From Lignipirellula cremea (GTDB taxonomy: Bacteria > Planctomycetota > Planctomycetia > Pirellulales > Pirellulaceae): a stretch of 64,000 nucleotides of DNA. The notes beneath the pieces were generated by a model, which saw only the letters and a program-made list of their open reading frames with translations, did not search any database and was not told the DNA's origin. Positions 1-9,888 of the stretch are shown one piece after another (position 1 is the first letter of the stretch; the number at the start of each line of letters is the position of its first letter). Location of the stretch: positions 712,437-776,436 of the forward strand of contig NZ_CP036433.1 in NCBI RefSeq assembly GCF_007751035.1, read 5' to 3'. A program made the translations under genes and the position numbers.

Positions 1-319
1 GCTAGATTCTCTATCGTGACACAAAAGGGGCGATCTCGGTTCGCCAGAACCCGCGGGACGAGAATTTCCCGCGACAATAGCGCTCGCAGCGGTTTGGATC
101 GTGATTCCATCGTTTATACTAAAAGGTGTACTGCCATGGTGAATTGTCATGCGGCGGCAGAGGGGATCTTGGCTTTCCCGCCCTTCTGCGGTCCCTGCCG
201 GGGGTGTCATTTTGCCGCCTTCTTTTTCGCTTTGGCCCGTGCGAAATTCCTGCCTTGTTGGTTGGGAGTTGTAAGTTTGGACTTAGAGATCGCGGCCGTA
301 TTTCCGGCAATCCGCTGGA

Positions 320-1642
320 TTGTCCGAACCGGCTAACGGAGTGGTCAGTCGTCCGGAAGCTGCCGGTGTTGTCTCCCCCAGAATTGAACGCGCGAGCCGT
401 TTGCTCGCAGGTGTAACTATGACTCGGAACACTCATTCAAGTCGCTTCCTGGCCCGCGACATGCTTCTTGGCTTGGCGCTTGTGCTGGTCGCCACGGGAG
501 CTGTCGCCTTTGGCATTGCCGCTTATCGCAATACGGGCCTGGAGCCGCAGCGAGTCGCCGTGGTTCCCGCCGCAGACGATGAGAATACGCCCAGTGATCC
601 GCTGGCGTCGCCGGCCGAAAATGGCTCCGACGTTGACCCGTCCGCTGCGGACGATCCGATCAATCCGGCGCCCGCCCTGCCCTCGCCCGATGACTTTATC
701 AGCACCCCGACGCCGTCGGGCGTAGAAGCGGCCCTGCTCTCACGAGCTTCCGCCGGCTCCCGCCCCACCGAAACGACGACGACCGCAGTTGTCGAACAGA
801 ACGGCCCGCAACCGCCCAGCCCGATCGACGAGGAACCCGCCAGCGATCCGGCCGCCGATCTGGTCGGTCTGGCGCCGCCGGCCGGTCCGCCCGCCCGTGA
901 GCCGGTAACCGAACCCATTCCGGACCTCGTCTTCCGCAACCCGGGAGAACGCGAGCCTGTCCCGGCCGACACCGATCCCCCGGCGACTGACACCGATCCG
1001 CTGGCGACTGACACCGATCCCCTGGCGGCCGACACCGATCCCTCGGCGACTGACACCGATCCGCTGGCGAGCGCATCGACCTCGAGTGAACCGGCGGCGA
1101 GCGATGCGCTGCCCGCCATCGAGCCGCCCGCCGATCTGGGCAGTCCGGCCCGCACGCCGTTCGTCGACAGCAATCCGCCTCTGGAAGAAAACGCGACCGA
1201 CGTTCCCGCCAGTGAAACGGGGACCAGCGATACGGCTGCGGAAGGTGCGTCGTCGGCCGACGTCGCGGGGGCGAATCCCATCAGCAGCGACCCGGCGACG
1301 GTGGCCGGACTGCAGGCCGAACTGCAGACGCTTCGCGCCCAGCATGCGGACGAGATTGCCGAGTTCCGCCAGACGATCGAAGGCCTGCACCTGCAGATCG
1401 TCGGACTGCGCAACGAAGTGACCGATTCCCGCGAGGCGGCCAAGGCGTTCCTGGATACGGTCAAAGAAATGGACCGCCTGCAGGATGCACTGGCCGAGGC
1501 GAATCGCCAACTGGTGGAAATGCAGGCCGCCCTGGAAAAACGGGTTTCCGCCCGTCCTGTGACCGATGCGAACGGCTTCAAGTCGATCGTTACGGAAACG
1601 ACCGACGACCAGCCTTACGCCAAACGCGTCTCGGTGCCCTGA
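320..1642 (+). CDS. hypothetical membrane-anchored protein with Pro/Asp/Thr-rich TDTDPLA repeats and a C-terminal coiled coil
   Basis: Long ORF with an N-terminal hydrophobic segment (LLGLALVLVATGAVAFGIAAY). Low-complexity acidic/proline repeats encoded by a 21-bp tandem nucleotide repeat. C-terminus is heptad-like (LQAELQTLRAQHADEIAEF...). No recognisable family. Confidence 0.5.
   Translation: MSEPANGVVSRPEAAGVVSPRIERASRLLAGVTMTRNTHSSRFLARDMLLGLALVLVATGAVAFGIAAYRNTGLEPQRVAVVPAADDENTPSDPLASPAENGSDVDPSAADDPINPAPALPSPDDFISTPTPSGVEAALLSRASAGSRPTETTTTAVVEQNGPQPPSPIDEEPASDPAADLVGLAPPAGPPAREPVTEPIPDLVFRNPGEREPVPADTDPPATDTDPLATDTDPLAADTDPSATDTDPLASASTSSEPAASDALPAIEPPADLGSPARTPFVDSNPPLEENATDVPASETGTSDTAAEGASSADVAGANPISSDPATVAGLQAELQTLRAQHADEIAEFRQTIEGLHLQIVGLRNEVTDSREAAKAFLDTVKEMDRLQDALAEANRQLVEMQAALEKRVSARPVTDANGFKSIVTETTDDQPYAKRVSVP
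967..1072. repeat. 5 copies of a 21-bp tandem repeat (gacaccgatccNctggcgact) encoding TDTDPLA units
   Basis: Read directly in the sequence at 961-1080; the repeat is in frame within the 320-1642 ORF. Confidence 0.6.
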
Positions 1643-1845
1643 TCGCGAGCTGCTTCGCGGTCGTGGGGCTTCCCCTGTCTGGCTCTCTCGCGGGCCGGTT
1701 GGGGGAGAGATACGCCGCGTCTGCCCCGGATGCCCTTTGCCAGAACGCTTGCTGGCCTTTGATCTGCTTCTTTTGATGTTTCTGGTGAGAGCCGACTGGC
1801 CCTGCGGCCACGGCGCGCCGCCTGTTTTTACTCCTGGGAGTTGCT

Positions 1846-2628
1846 ATGAAAATTTCGTTATCGCGCTTCGCCGCCCTGACGGCTGCTGGTGGAATGCTGT
1901 TTGTTTCGGGTGTCGTCGGGGCCGCCTGGGTCGACGAGTACAAAAGCGGTATTGTCTGGCCGGAGCCGCCAATTGTGGCTCCCGGCGAAACGGTGGGAGC
2001 TCCCCCGGCCGACGCCCTGGTTCTCTTTGGCGGAACGGATCTGTCGCAGTGGAATGGGGGCGACGACTGGAAGATTGAAAACGGCTACGCCCAGGTGCAG
2101 AAGAGCAGCATTTCGACCAAAGAATCGTTTGGCGATTGCCAGCTTCATCTGGAGTTCGCCACGCCCGAAGTCGTCAAAGGCAGCGGCCAGGGGCGCGGCA
2201 ACAGCGGCGTCTACCTGATGGGGAAGTACGAAGTGCAGATTCTCGACTCGTACGACAATACGACCTACTTCGACGGCCAGTGCGCTTCCATCTACAAGCA
2301 GACGCCGCCGATTGTGAATGTCTGCCGCAAGCCGGGTGAATGGCAGACCTACGACATTATCTTTACGGCTCCCCGCTTTGGCGACGATGGCGAACTGACC
2401 AGCCCGGCCGCCGTAACCGTCCTGCAGAACGGCGTGCTGGTGCAGAATCATTTTGTGCTGCACGGCGGCACTTCGTACACCGAAGCGCCCCGCTATCAGA
2501 AGCATGCCGAGAAGCTGCCGTTGTCGCTGCAGAACCACGGCAACCCGACCCGGTTCCGCAACATCTGGATCCGGGAGAACGTTCACGCCCCGGTCGGCGA
2601 ACCGCCGCAGGCCGCCGCCCAGGACTAA
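1846..2628 (+). CDS. DUF1080 / 3-keto-disaccharide hydrolase-like secreted protein
   Basis: Signal peptide; motifs GWxxxxGxW...VxxGxL and HLEFATPEVVKGSGQGRGNSGVYLMGKYEVQILDSY are typical of the DUF1080 (LamG-like jellyroll) family common in Planctomycetes. Confidence 0.7.
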   Translation: MKISLSRFAALTAAGGMLFVSGVVGAAWVDEYKSGIVWPEPPIVAPGETVGAPPADALVLFGGTDLSQWNGGDDWKIENGYAQVQKSSISTKESFGDCQLHLEFATPEVVKGSGQGRGNSGVYLMGKYEVQILDSYDNTTYFDGQCASIYKQTPPIVNVCRKPGEWQTYDIIFTAPRFGDDGELTSPAAVTVLQNGVLVQNHFVLHGGTSYTEAPRYQKHAEKLPLSLQNHGNPTRFRNIWIRENVHAPVGEPPQAAAQD

Positions 2629-2702
2629 TGTCCTGCCGGGAGCTGGGACGCCGACTCGCTCCGGCGGAATCTTTCCCGGTCTGCCGCGATGGCGTCAGAC
2701 CG

Positions 2703-4445
2703 TTATTCGATAATGCCCGGCGCCGCCGGATCCTCGGGGCTGATGGCGGCTTGCTCGCTGGGCGCGGGCTCCCCGGAGGCTGGCTCGTCGTGATCCCAGG
2801 GGCTGCTGGGCAGGGATTCCCGGCGGGGATGCATTTCTGCTTCATCTTCCAGCACGCGTTGTGGGGCGGCCTGGCGGGTCGCTTCGACCTCGCGGGCGGC
2901 CAGTGCTAACTGCACAAGAAACGCCAGCCCGCCGCCCAGCAGCACCAGCCCCACAATCACCGACTGGGCGCTCAAGCTCTCGTCGTGCACTTCGATAATG
3001 GTCCAGAGCCAGTTGGGCAGCTGCATCATGTCGTACTCGTAGGAAGCCACATTCAGGTCAAAGATGGCCGGAAGAATGGCCGAGGCCAGAAACGGCCCCA
3101 CCGCCCCTCCCACAATGACAAACAGATTGATCGAGAACGCCCGGAACACGCCGATCGCCATCCGTTGCCGGAAGAGCATCACTAGTCCCCGGCCGATCGT
3201 CAGATATATCGCCAGATAGGACAGCCAGAGTATCCCTGGCAGCACGATATGCTCAAACGGGAAGGGGTCGGACTCGTTCCACAAGCCCAGGAAGGTCCCC
3301 AGGAACGCCACGCACACCACTCCCAGCAGGTAGTTCAGCAGGGCGAACAAAGTGCCCGTCCCCGACCCGGGATTGAACCAGGTAAACACGGCCCGTCCTA
3401 ACAAGCTTTGCGGCAACTGCCGCCGTACACGGGGGGAGAGCTCGGCCATTTCCCCGCTCATCAGCGATCCCATCACGGCCCAGTAAAAAGCCGAAATGGA
3501 AAAGAAGAACGTAAAGGCCTCCCATTCCTTCTGATTGGCGTACCAGCAGACGGCCCAGCCAAAAAGAATCAAGTGCTGCACGCACATCACCATGCGCAGT
3601 CGGGTGGAGCGATTGTCGCTGGAAAAACTAATTTGCGCAGCGGCCGCCATCACAAACAGGGCCAGAAACGACCCCATGATCAGCGCCAGCAGCAACATGA
3701 TAAGCCAGAAGATTCGGTCGTCGTAAGCGGTAGGCGAGCCTGCCTCGACCCAGACCCAGACCGCCGTCACCACCCACCCTGTAATAAACAGCTGCCCGAT
3801 CAACTGCAGGATCGAGATGAGCATCTGCCACACCTGCACCGTGGTGACCGTGGCCAGCAAGAGCCCTAGCGCCGACAGCAGCACGGACCCCAGGAACAGC
3901 CCCGACAGCAGCAGCATGATCGACACCACGTCGATACCACGGAGCAGATAGGTAAAGGCGATACAAGGGGAAAGGGCCGAGTAGTAAACGATGATCTGCA
4001 GGATCGCACTGCCCAGTTTGCCCGTCACAATCTGTCGGGCCGACAAGGCCGTAATCGATAGCAGCTCAAAAGTGCCGTCTTCCCGTTCCGACGCCAGCGA
4101 GCGGAACGCCATGTACGGCACAATCACCAGCAATGGCACGGCCAGCACGGTGAAGTAACCGGCCAGCACCAGCGGCCCCATCGGCTGGAAATACATCGCT
4201 TCGCCATGCTGTGCATAGCTCAGCGACAGGACCAGCCCGGTCCAGGCCCAGGCGCACAGAATGAGCAGTGTAAACGTCACGACGAACTGCATGCTCTTCA
4301 TCGCCTGGCGGGCTTCCTTGACCAGAATCGGGTTCAACCGTTCCCCGGCCCGGTCCAGCCAGCCTTCCAGGCGAGCAATCCCGGCGGCGGCCGGTTCCTG
4401 TCCCGCCAGCTCTTCCGGCAACAGCCCTTTATCCAGCGTGCTCAC
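2703..4445 (-). CDS. ABC transporter permease, multi-pass membrane protein
   Basis: About 12 predicted hydrophobic helices. Start overlaps (ATGA) the stop of the upstream ABC ATPase gene on the same strand. Confidence 0.55.
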   Translation of the reverse strand: MSTLDKGLLPEELAGQEPAAAGIARLEGWLDRAGERLNPILVKEARQAMKSMQFVVTFTLLILCAWAWTGLVLSLSYAQHGEAMYFQPMGPLVLAGYFTVLAVPLLVIVPYMAFRSLASEREDGTFELLSITALSARQIVTGKLGSAILQIIVYYSALSPCIAFTYLLRGIDVVSIMLLLSGLFLGSVLLSALGLLLATVTTVQVWQMLISILQLIGQLFITGWVVTAVWVWVEAGSPTAYDDRIFWLIMLLLALIMGSFLALFVMAAAAQISFSSDNRSTRLRMVMCVQHLILFGWAVCWYANQKEWEAFTFFFSISAFYWAVMGSLMSGEMAELSPRVRRQLPQSLLGRAVFTWFNPGSGTGTLFALLNYLLGVVCVAFLGTFLGLWNESDPFPFEHIVLPGILWLSYLAIYLTIGRGLVMLFRQRMAIGVFRAFSINLFVIVGGAVGPFLASAILPAIFDLNVASYEYDMMQLPNWLWTIIEVHDESLSAQSVIVGLVLLGGGLAFLVQLALAAREVEATRQAAPQRVLEDEAEMHPRRESLPSSPWDHDEPASGEPAPSEQAAISPEDPAAPGIIE

Positions 4446-5443
4446 TGTACTCTCCCTTTAGTGACTTCCAGGAACACATCTTCCAGACTGGCGGCGTGGC
4501 TGGCGAACTCGGCGATACGAAATCCGCCCAGGACTAGCTCCCGCAGCGTATCTGCTTCCGCCTGGCGATCGGCCGGATGGGTGTAGTTCAACAACTCGCC
4601 GTCGACTCGAATGTTCTCGATCCCATCGCGAGCGGCCAGCCATTCCGCCACGGGCCCTGCTCCGCCCAGCACACGGATACGCACGCCGTTGAGTTTTTTC
4701 TCCCCCTGGCGGACCCGGGCGTGGAGGATTTCGTCGACGGATCCCACCGCCAGCAGCTGGCCCTGCTCGATGATGCCGACGACATCGCAAATTTCCGCCA
4801 GCTCGGTCAGAATGTGCGAACTGACCAGGACCGTTTTGCCGTCGGCGGCGAGCGCCCTGATCATTTCTCGCAGTTCAATGCGGGCCCGTGGATCGAGTCC
4901 CGCGGCCGGCTCGTCGAGAATCAGCACCGCCGGATCGTGGATCATGGCGCGGCCCAGGCAGAGTCGCTGCTTCATCCCTTTGGAGAGCCCACGCGTCGGT
5001 TTCTCGGCCAGCACGTCGAGGCCGGTAAAAGTCAGCACGCGGTCGAGCGCATTCCGACGTTCTGCACCCCGCAGTCCATGCGCCCTGGCGAAAAAGTCGA
5101 GATACTCGAGGCAATCGACGTTGGGATAGGTGCCAAAATAGTCGGGCATGAACCCCAGCCGGCGGCGGACGCGGTCAGGATCGTCGACGACAGAAAACCC
5201 ATCGACCCGCGCATCGCCATGCGTCGGCAGGTCGAGCGTCGCCAGAATTCGCATGCTGGTGGTTTTGCCGGCGCCGTTGGGGCCGATGTAGCCAAACACC
5301 TGGCCCTTTTTGACCGAGAAAGAAATGTCATCGACCGCTCGCGTGCTGCCGAAACGGCGATGCAAACGGCGCAGCTCGATCATCGGATGGGAAGGAACCG
5401 CAGGGGACTGCGACTCGGCCTGGGCTGCCTGGGTAGCGACCAT
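4442..5443 (-). CDS. ABC transporter ATP-binding protein
   Basis: Walker A GPNGAGKTT, ABC signature LSKGMKQRL, Walker B LILDEPAAGLD. Confidence 0.85.
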   Translation of the reverse strand: MVATQAAQAESQSPAVPSHPMIELRRLHRRFGSTRAVDDISFSVKKGQVFGYIGPNGAGKTTSMRILATLDLPTHGDARVDGFSVVDDPDRVRRRLGFMPDYFGTYPNVDCLEYLDFFARAHGLRGAERRNALDRVLTFTGLDVLAEKPTRGLSKGMKQRLCLGRAMIHDPAVLILDEPAAGLDPRARIELREMIRALAADGKTVLVSSHILTELAEICDVVGIIEQGQLLAVGSVDEILHARVRQGEKKLNGVRIRVLGGAGPVAEWLAARDGIENIRVDGELLNYTHPADRQAEADTLRELVLGGFRIAEFASHAASLEDVFLEVTKGRVQ

Positions 5444-5531
5444 CCCGCAAAACTCCCTCGGGGGACAAAAAGAGAAGACCCCCCAAATTTCGCAGTTCAG
5501 TCAGCAGTTTTCAAGCGCCCTGACCCTTCTT

Positions 5532-5858
5532 TCAGGCGCCTTCGCCGTCCTGGCGGCGGAAGACGGCGACGACGTCTTCGACCGGAACCACAAACAACTG
5601 GTTGTCGGACTCAAAGTCGACCGGAATCGCGTTCTTGGGATGGAACAGCACTTTATCGTACTGCCGGAGGGGGACGTCGGGATCGTTTTCAATCTGGGTG
5701 GAGATCGTCACAATGCGGCCGGTAATGGTTGGGATTTCCGCCGCATCAGGCAAAGCGATCCCGCCTTTGGTCTCCCGCTTCGGTTCATCTTTGCGCACCA
5801 GGACGCGCATGCCGATCGGCTCTACGTACTCGAACGCTGCTTTGCGGGCTTTTCCCAT
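5532..5858 (-). CDS. groES: co-chaperonin GroES (10 kDa chaperonin)
   Basis: 108 aa from the internal Met (MGKARKAAFEYVEPIGMRVLVRKDEPKRETKGGIALP...QLFVVPVEDVVAVF) matches the GroES pattern. No groEL lies downstream. Confidence 0.8.
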   Translation of the reverse strand: MGKARKAAFEYVEPIGMRVLVRKDEPKRETKGGIALPDAAEIPTITGRIVTISTQIENDPDVPLRQYDKVLFHPKNAIPVDFESDNQLFVVPVEDVVAVFRRQDGEGA

Positions 5859-6656
5859 AACGTTGTCTGTCGGCTGCGGAGGAGTGGGCAAAAAATTGGA
5901 TCGACCGTAGCCGATCACGGCCCGGCGAAAGGGAATCAAGGTATTTCGGTCGTTCCCTGCCGGAGGCGTTCCCAGCTTTTTTCGGAGTTTTCCGAGCGAA
6001 CTGCTCGGCCGCCGCCATGACAAAGCCATAGGGATGCGGATCGCGAAGTGGGAAATTTTGGCGCAGGGAATCTCAACAGATTAACGCGTCGCCCGTCGAA
6101 TCACAACTTGGGCTTGCATTCGCAAACGAATCTGGCAAAATGCTTGGTTTCGGCCAAGGTAAACAGCGACGCCTGCTGCGTTTTTGTTTGCCTGGAGAAA
6201 GCCGGAAAGACCGCAAGTCCCTTCCCTCAGGCGACTTTTTTTGCTTTTGGCAAGGTTTTGCGGGATGAATCTTGGAGTTCCTTTTTACAATCGACCGTTT
6301 ACGGTTGTCCTTCTGGGTTTGGATATTGTGTAGATCCATTGTACCGGAACGGAGAAAACAGGCTGCATGTCGCGATCAGGGATGGTGCAGCCTGGAGTGT
6401 TTCAGGACGAAGAAGAAAAGAGCTCCCGCTAGATTTCCTGGAGATGATCAACCGCCGTCAATTCATTTTTTACGGCGTTTTCGATGTTTTCGCCCCGTAG
6501 CCGACCAGCGGCGACGGTTTGTTTTGACGTTGTGGCGAGGCCACGGCGTCAAGATGCCTGTGAGATACCCGTTGTTGTTTTTTTGGCGGACGGTTTCCGG
6601 CCAGCAATAAAAAGCTGCTATCAGACAGTTTGAATTTCGAGTTAAAGGTTTGCGGC

Positions 6657-7280
6657 ATGTCGGATGTTTTTAATGTTTCGGTTCGGGAAGAGCGTGGAAC
6701 AAAACGCGCCCGACGGGCGCGGGCCAAAGGTCAGATTCCGGCCGTGCTGTACGGGCACGGTGAAGCGAACGTGTTGCTCAGCGTGGATGCTGTCGAGGTT
6801 GCTTCGGCGATCCGCCATGGCGGGCACCTGATCGACCTCAAGGGCGGCGTGAACGAGAGCGCCCTGATTAAAGCGGTGCAGTGGGATGCGATGGGCATTG
6901 GGGTCCTGCATGTCGACCTGACCCGCGTTCGCAAGGGCGAAAAGGTCGAAGTGACCGTTCCCATCGAATTGCACGGCTTTGCTCCTGGGGCCCAGCAGGG
7001 CGGCGTTGTCGAGCAGACGCTGCACGAAGTGAAGATTACCTGCCCGGTCAACAAACTGCCTGACAAGATCGAAGTCAATATCAACCAACTGCAGCTCGGC
7101 GATGTGATTCACGTCAGCGATCTGCAGCTGGATAGCGAAATCGAAGTTCTCGAAGACGCCGAAGCCGGCGTGGTCAATTGCCACGAGCCTGTCGTCGTCC
7201 AGGAAGAAGAAGGCGAAGGCGATTCGGCCGAACCCGAAGTTATCGGTCATTCGGACGAGGACGAAGGCGACGAAAGCTAG
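6657..7280 (+). CDS. rplY: 50S ribosomal protein L25 / general stress protein Ctc
   Basis: N-terminus RGTKRARRARAKGQIPAVLYGHG is an L25 signature. Long acidic C-terminal tail typical of the Ctc form. AAAGG ribosome-binding site 8 nt upstream of the ATG at 6657. Confidence 0.85.
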   Translation: MSDVFNVSVREERGTKRARRARAKGQIPAVLYGHGEANVLLSVDAVEVASAIRHGGHLIDLKGGVNESALIKAVQWDAMGIGVLHVDLTRVRKGEKVEVTVPIELHGFAPGAQQGGVVEQTLHEVKITCPVNKLPDKIEVNINQLQLGDVIHVSDLQLDSEIEVLEDAEAGVVNCHEPVVVQEEEGEGDSAEPEVIGHSDEDEGDES

Positions 7281-7376
7281 TCCTGTCTGGCGAACCGACA
7301 GGCGTCATCCCCGCTGGGGCTGGCAACGTTAGGGGTTCGCCAGAAAGGGTCCAGCGGGCCAGCGGTCGATGAAGCT

Positions 7377-7940
7377 ATGAAATTGATTGTCGGACTGGGT
7401 AATCCCGGATCCAAGTATGCGGGGACTCGCCACAATGTCGGTTTCGATGTTGTGGCCGCATTAAGCGGTCGTTACGGCGTAGGTTCGATCAAAAATCAGT
7501 TCAAGGCGGAAGTACAAGAGGCCGTGGTCGACCAGCAGAAATTCCTGCTGGTCTGCCCGCAAACGTTTATGAATAAAAGCGGCGACAGCGTGCGTGCTGC
7601 GCTTGATTTTTACAAGCTGGAGGCGACGGAGATCCTGGTGATTTGCGACGACTTTAGCCTGCCGCTCGGCCGGTTGCGATTTCGTCCTCAGGGATCCGCC
7701 GGCGGGCAAAAGGGATTGGCCGACATTCTCCGCCAGGTGGGTGTCGATTCCGTACCGCGGTTGCGGTTCGGTATTGGGGCGCCGCCAGGCCGGTGGGACC
7801 CCGCAGATTTTGTACTCAGCAAGTTCACCGCTGCGGAACGCGTCGATGTCGAAATCGACACCGCTCGGGCGGCCGATGGGGCCGCCGACTGGGTTCGCCA
7901 TGGCGTGGAATATTGCATGAACCAATACAACGGGGCCTGA
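7377..7940 (+). CDS. pth: peptidyl-tRNA hydrolase
   Basis: MKLIVGLGNPGSKYAGTRHNVGF is the classic Pth N-terminus. Conserved rplY-pth order. Confidence 0.9.
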   Translation: MKLIVGLGNPGSKYAGTRHNVGFDVVAALSGRYGVGSIKNQFKAEVQEAVVDQQKFLLVCPQTFMNKSGDSVRAALDFYKLEATEILVICDDFSLPLGRLRFRPQGSAGGQKGLADILRQVGVDSVPRLRFGIGAPPGRWDPADFVLSKFTAAERVDVEIDTARAADGAADWVRHGVEYCMNQYNGA

Positions 7941-8097
7941 TCGGGCTCCTTTTTGACCGTCCACTGACCGACCACTGTTCGACCCCGCCGCGTTAAGATC
8001 TGCTCTTGCCCGCGGTATGGCGTTGAATACCTTACAACCACATGCGAAGGCCAGGCCACACGCCGGGTCAACCGCACTCAAGCAGGGGAGATGAATT

Positions 8098-8502
8098 TTG
8101 GCTGCCACTGTGTATGAGGGAATGTTTATTCTCGACTCCAACCATTACGCCCGGAATCCCTCGGGCGTGTCGGGCAAGATCGAGAAAATGATCCAGGATC
8201 GCGGCGGTGAAATCCTCGCCAGCCGCCTGTGGGTCGAGCAGAAACTCGCGTACCCGATCGAAGATCACAAAAAAGGCACCTACTGGCTGACCTACTTCCG
8301 CATGACGGGCGAACAGCTCAAGCCGCTGAATCGCGACTGCCAGCTGAACGAAGATGTGCTGCGCCAGCTGATCCTGAAAGTCGACCAGCGACTGGTGGAT
8401 ACGCTCGTTTCGCACGCTTTGGGCGAGTCGACGTCGACCGAAGAACCGGCTGCCGAAGAAGGCGCCGAAGCCGCTCCGGCTGCTGTCGCCACCGAAGGCT
8501 AG
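8098..8502 (+). CDS. rpsF: 30S ribosomal protein S6
   Basis: YEGMFILD...IEKMIQDRGGEI...WVEQKLAYPI S6 pattern with an acidic tail. Probable TTG start with GGGGAG ribosome-binding site. Confidence 0.8.
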   Translation: MAATVYEGMFILDSNHYARNPSGVSGKIEKMIQDRGGEILASRLWVEQKLAYPIEDHKKGTYWLTYFRMTGEQLKPLNRDCQLNEDVLRQLILKVDQRLVDTLVSHALGESTSTEEPAAEEGAEAAPAAVATEG

Positions 8503-8798
8503 TTCGTCACACGATGGGAGTCCTTCCCGCAGGGAAGCAGAGATCACCGTCGCCAGCCCGCCCTTGCGGAAAGCGTTTCCGGCCAGGAAAATAACCTGCC
8601 GGCGGTGGTGTCCTTGCCGGTGCTCGCCTGGGAGACTTGCCACGGGAATCGCCCGGGCCTGCATTCTGCCGGCGGCCCGCATTTCCATGCAGGCACGACA
8701 GGCTGTAGAGATCAGCAACCCGATTGTGGCTTGCTCCCGTCGTTCGTTTTGTGTGCGCCTGCCCTGCCAGTGCACCCCTTTTTTCGGAGGCCTTCGTT

Positions 8799-9254
8799 AT
8801 GGCCAGTTATAATCGAGTCGTACTCATCGGAAACCTCACGCGGAAGCCGGAACTCCGGTACACCAGTGCGGGCGGAACGGCCGTGACCGACATCGGCATT
8901 GCGGTGAACGATCGTCGTAAAACCCACACCGGGGAATGGGTCGAAGAAACAACCTTCGTCGATTGCACGCTGTGGGGACGTACGGCCGAAATCGCCTGCG
9001 AACACCTCGATAAAGGCTCCCCCATTCTGCTTGAGGGTCGGCTCAAACTCGACACCTGGGAAACCGATGGGCAAAAACGCTCCAAGCTGAAGGTTGTCGG
9101 TGAACGGATGCAAATCCTGAAATGGCCCGACAAGCCCGGCGGTGGAGGCGGTGGCGGCGGCAATAAACGCAGCTACGACGAATCCGAATACAGCGCGCCG
9201 GCCAGCAGCGACTACTCCGACCAGACCTCCGACGACGGCGATATTCCGTTCTAG
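8799..9254 (+). CDS. ssb: single-stranded DNA-binding protein
   Basis: [22 protein letters not shown]...OB-fold pattern. Gly-rich linker and acidic tail ending DDGDIPF. GGAGG ribosome-binding site upstream. Confidence 0.85.
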   Translation: MASYNRVVLIGNLTRKPELRYTSAGGTAVTDIGIAVNDRRKTHTGEWVEETTFVDCTLWGRTAEIACEHLDKGSPILLEGRLKLDTWETDGQKRSKLKVVGERMQILKWPDKPGGGGGGGGNKRSYDESEYSAPASSDYSDQTSDDGDIPF

Positions 9255-9343
9255 TTCTGGCGGCGCTAGCGCCCGCACCAGGCTTCGCCTGGTCTTTGAA
9301 ACATTTTCGTATAAATTAGCTCCACACAAGCGTGAGATCGACG

Positions 9344-9880
9344 ATGGGAACCGTACGAGACAAAAAACGGCAACAGGCCAAAAAATTCAAGCGTTTGCCG
9401 CAAGGCGCGAACGGCGGCGTGGAACTGCTGCTGATCCAGTCGGTTGAGCACCTGGGTAAACAGGGCGAAGTCGTCGAGGTGAAGCCCGGCTATGCCATGA
9501 ATTACCTGCTGCCCCAGGGGCTGGCCACGCTGGCGACCGACCATCACAAGCGCATGGTCGAGAAGCACCGGGCCAAACTGCTGGAAATCGAAAAGGCCCG
9601 TATCGCCGATATCCTCACGCTGTCCGAAACCCTCGGCAAGCAGAGCCTCACGATTGAAGCGAACGCCAACGACGAAGGCCATCTGTATGGTAGCGTCGGC
9701 GCCCCGGAAATCGCGGCCGCCCTCAAGCAGGCCAACTTCAACATCACCACCGACCAGATCCGGCTCGATGGTCCGCTGAAAGAACTCGGCCTGTACACCA
9801 TCCGTATCCACCTGCACAAAGATGTGGATTCGGAAGTCAAGGTCTGGGTTGTTCCGACCGTGACCGAAGACGACGCCTGA
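9344..9880 (+). CDS. rplI: 50S ribosomal protein L9 with a basic N-terminal extension
   Basis: VEVKPGYAMNYLLPQGLA and the C-terminal domain match L9. About 25 aa of Lys/Arg-rich N-terminal extension precede it. Confidence 0.85.
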   Translation: MGTVRDKKRQQAKKFKRLPQGANGGVELLLIQSVEHLGKQGEVVEVKPGYAMNYLLPQGLATLATDHHKRMVEKHRAKLLEIEKARIADILTLSETLGKQSLTIEANANDEGHLYGSVGAPEIAAALKQANFNITTDQIRLDGPLKELGLYTIRIHLHKDVDSEVKVWVVPTVTEDDA

Positions 9881-9888
9881 ACCGGCTG

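Noticed and set aside
523-1581. 352-aa and 256-aa minus-strand ORFs inside the repeat-protein gene
   Set aside because: Antisense frames of a GC-rich, low-complexity gene; no motifs.
5310-6020. 236-aa plus-strand ORF
   Set aside because: It is antisense to, and overlaps, the clear groES gene. It has no family signature and is a typical high-GC artefact.
5859-6656. CIRCE/HrcA operator or other heat-shock promoter upstream of groES
   Set aside because: No TTAGCACTC-N9-GAGTGCTAA-like inverted repeat was found on either strand.
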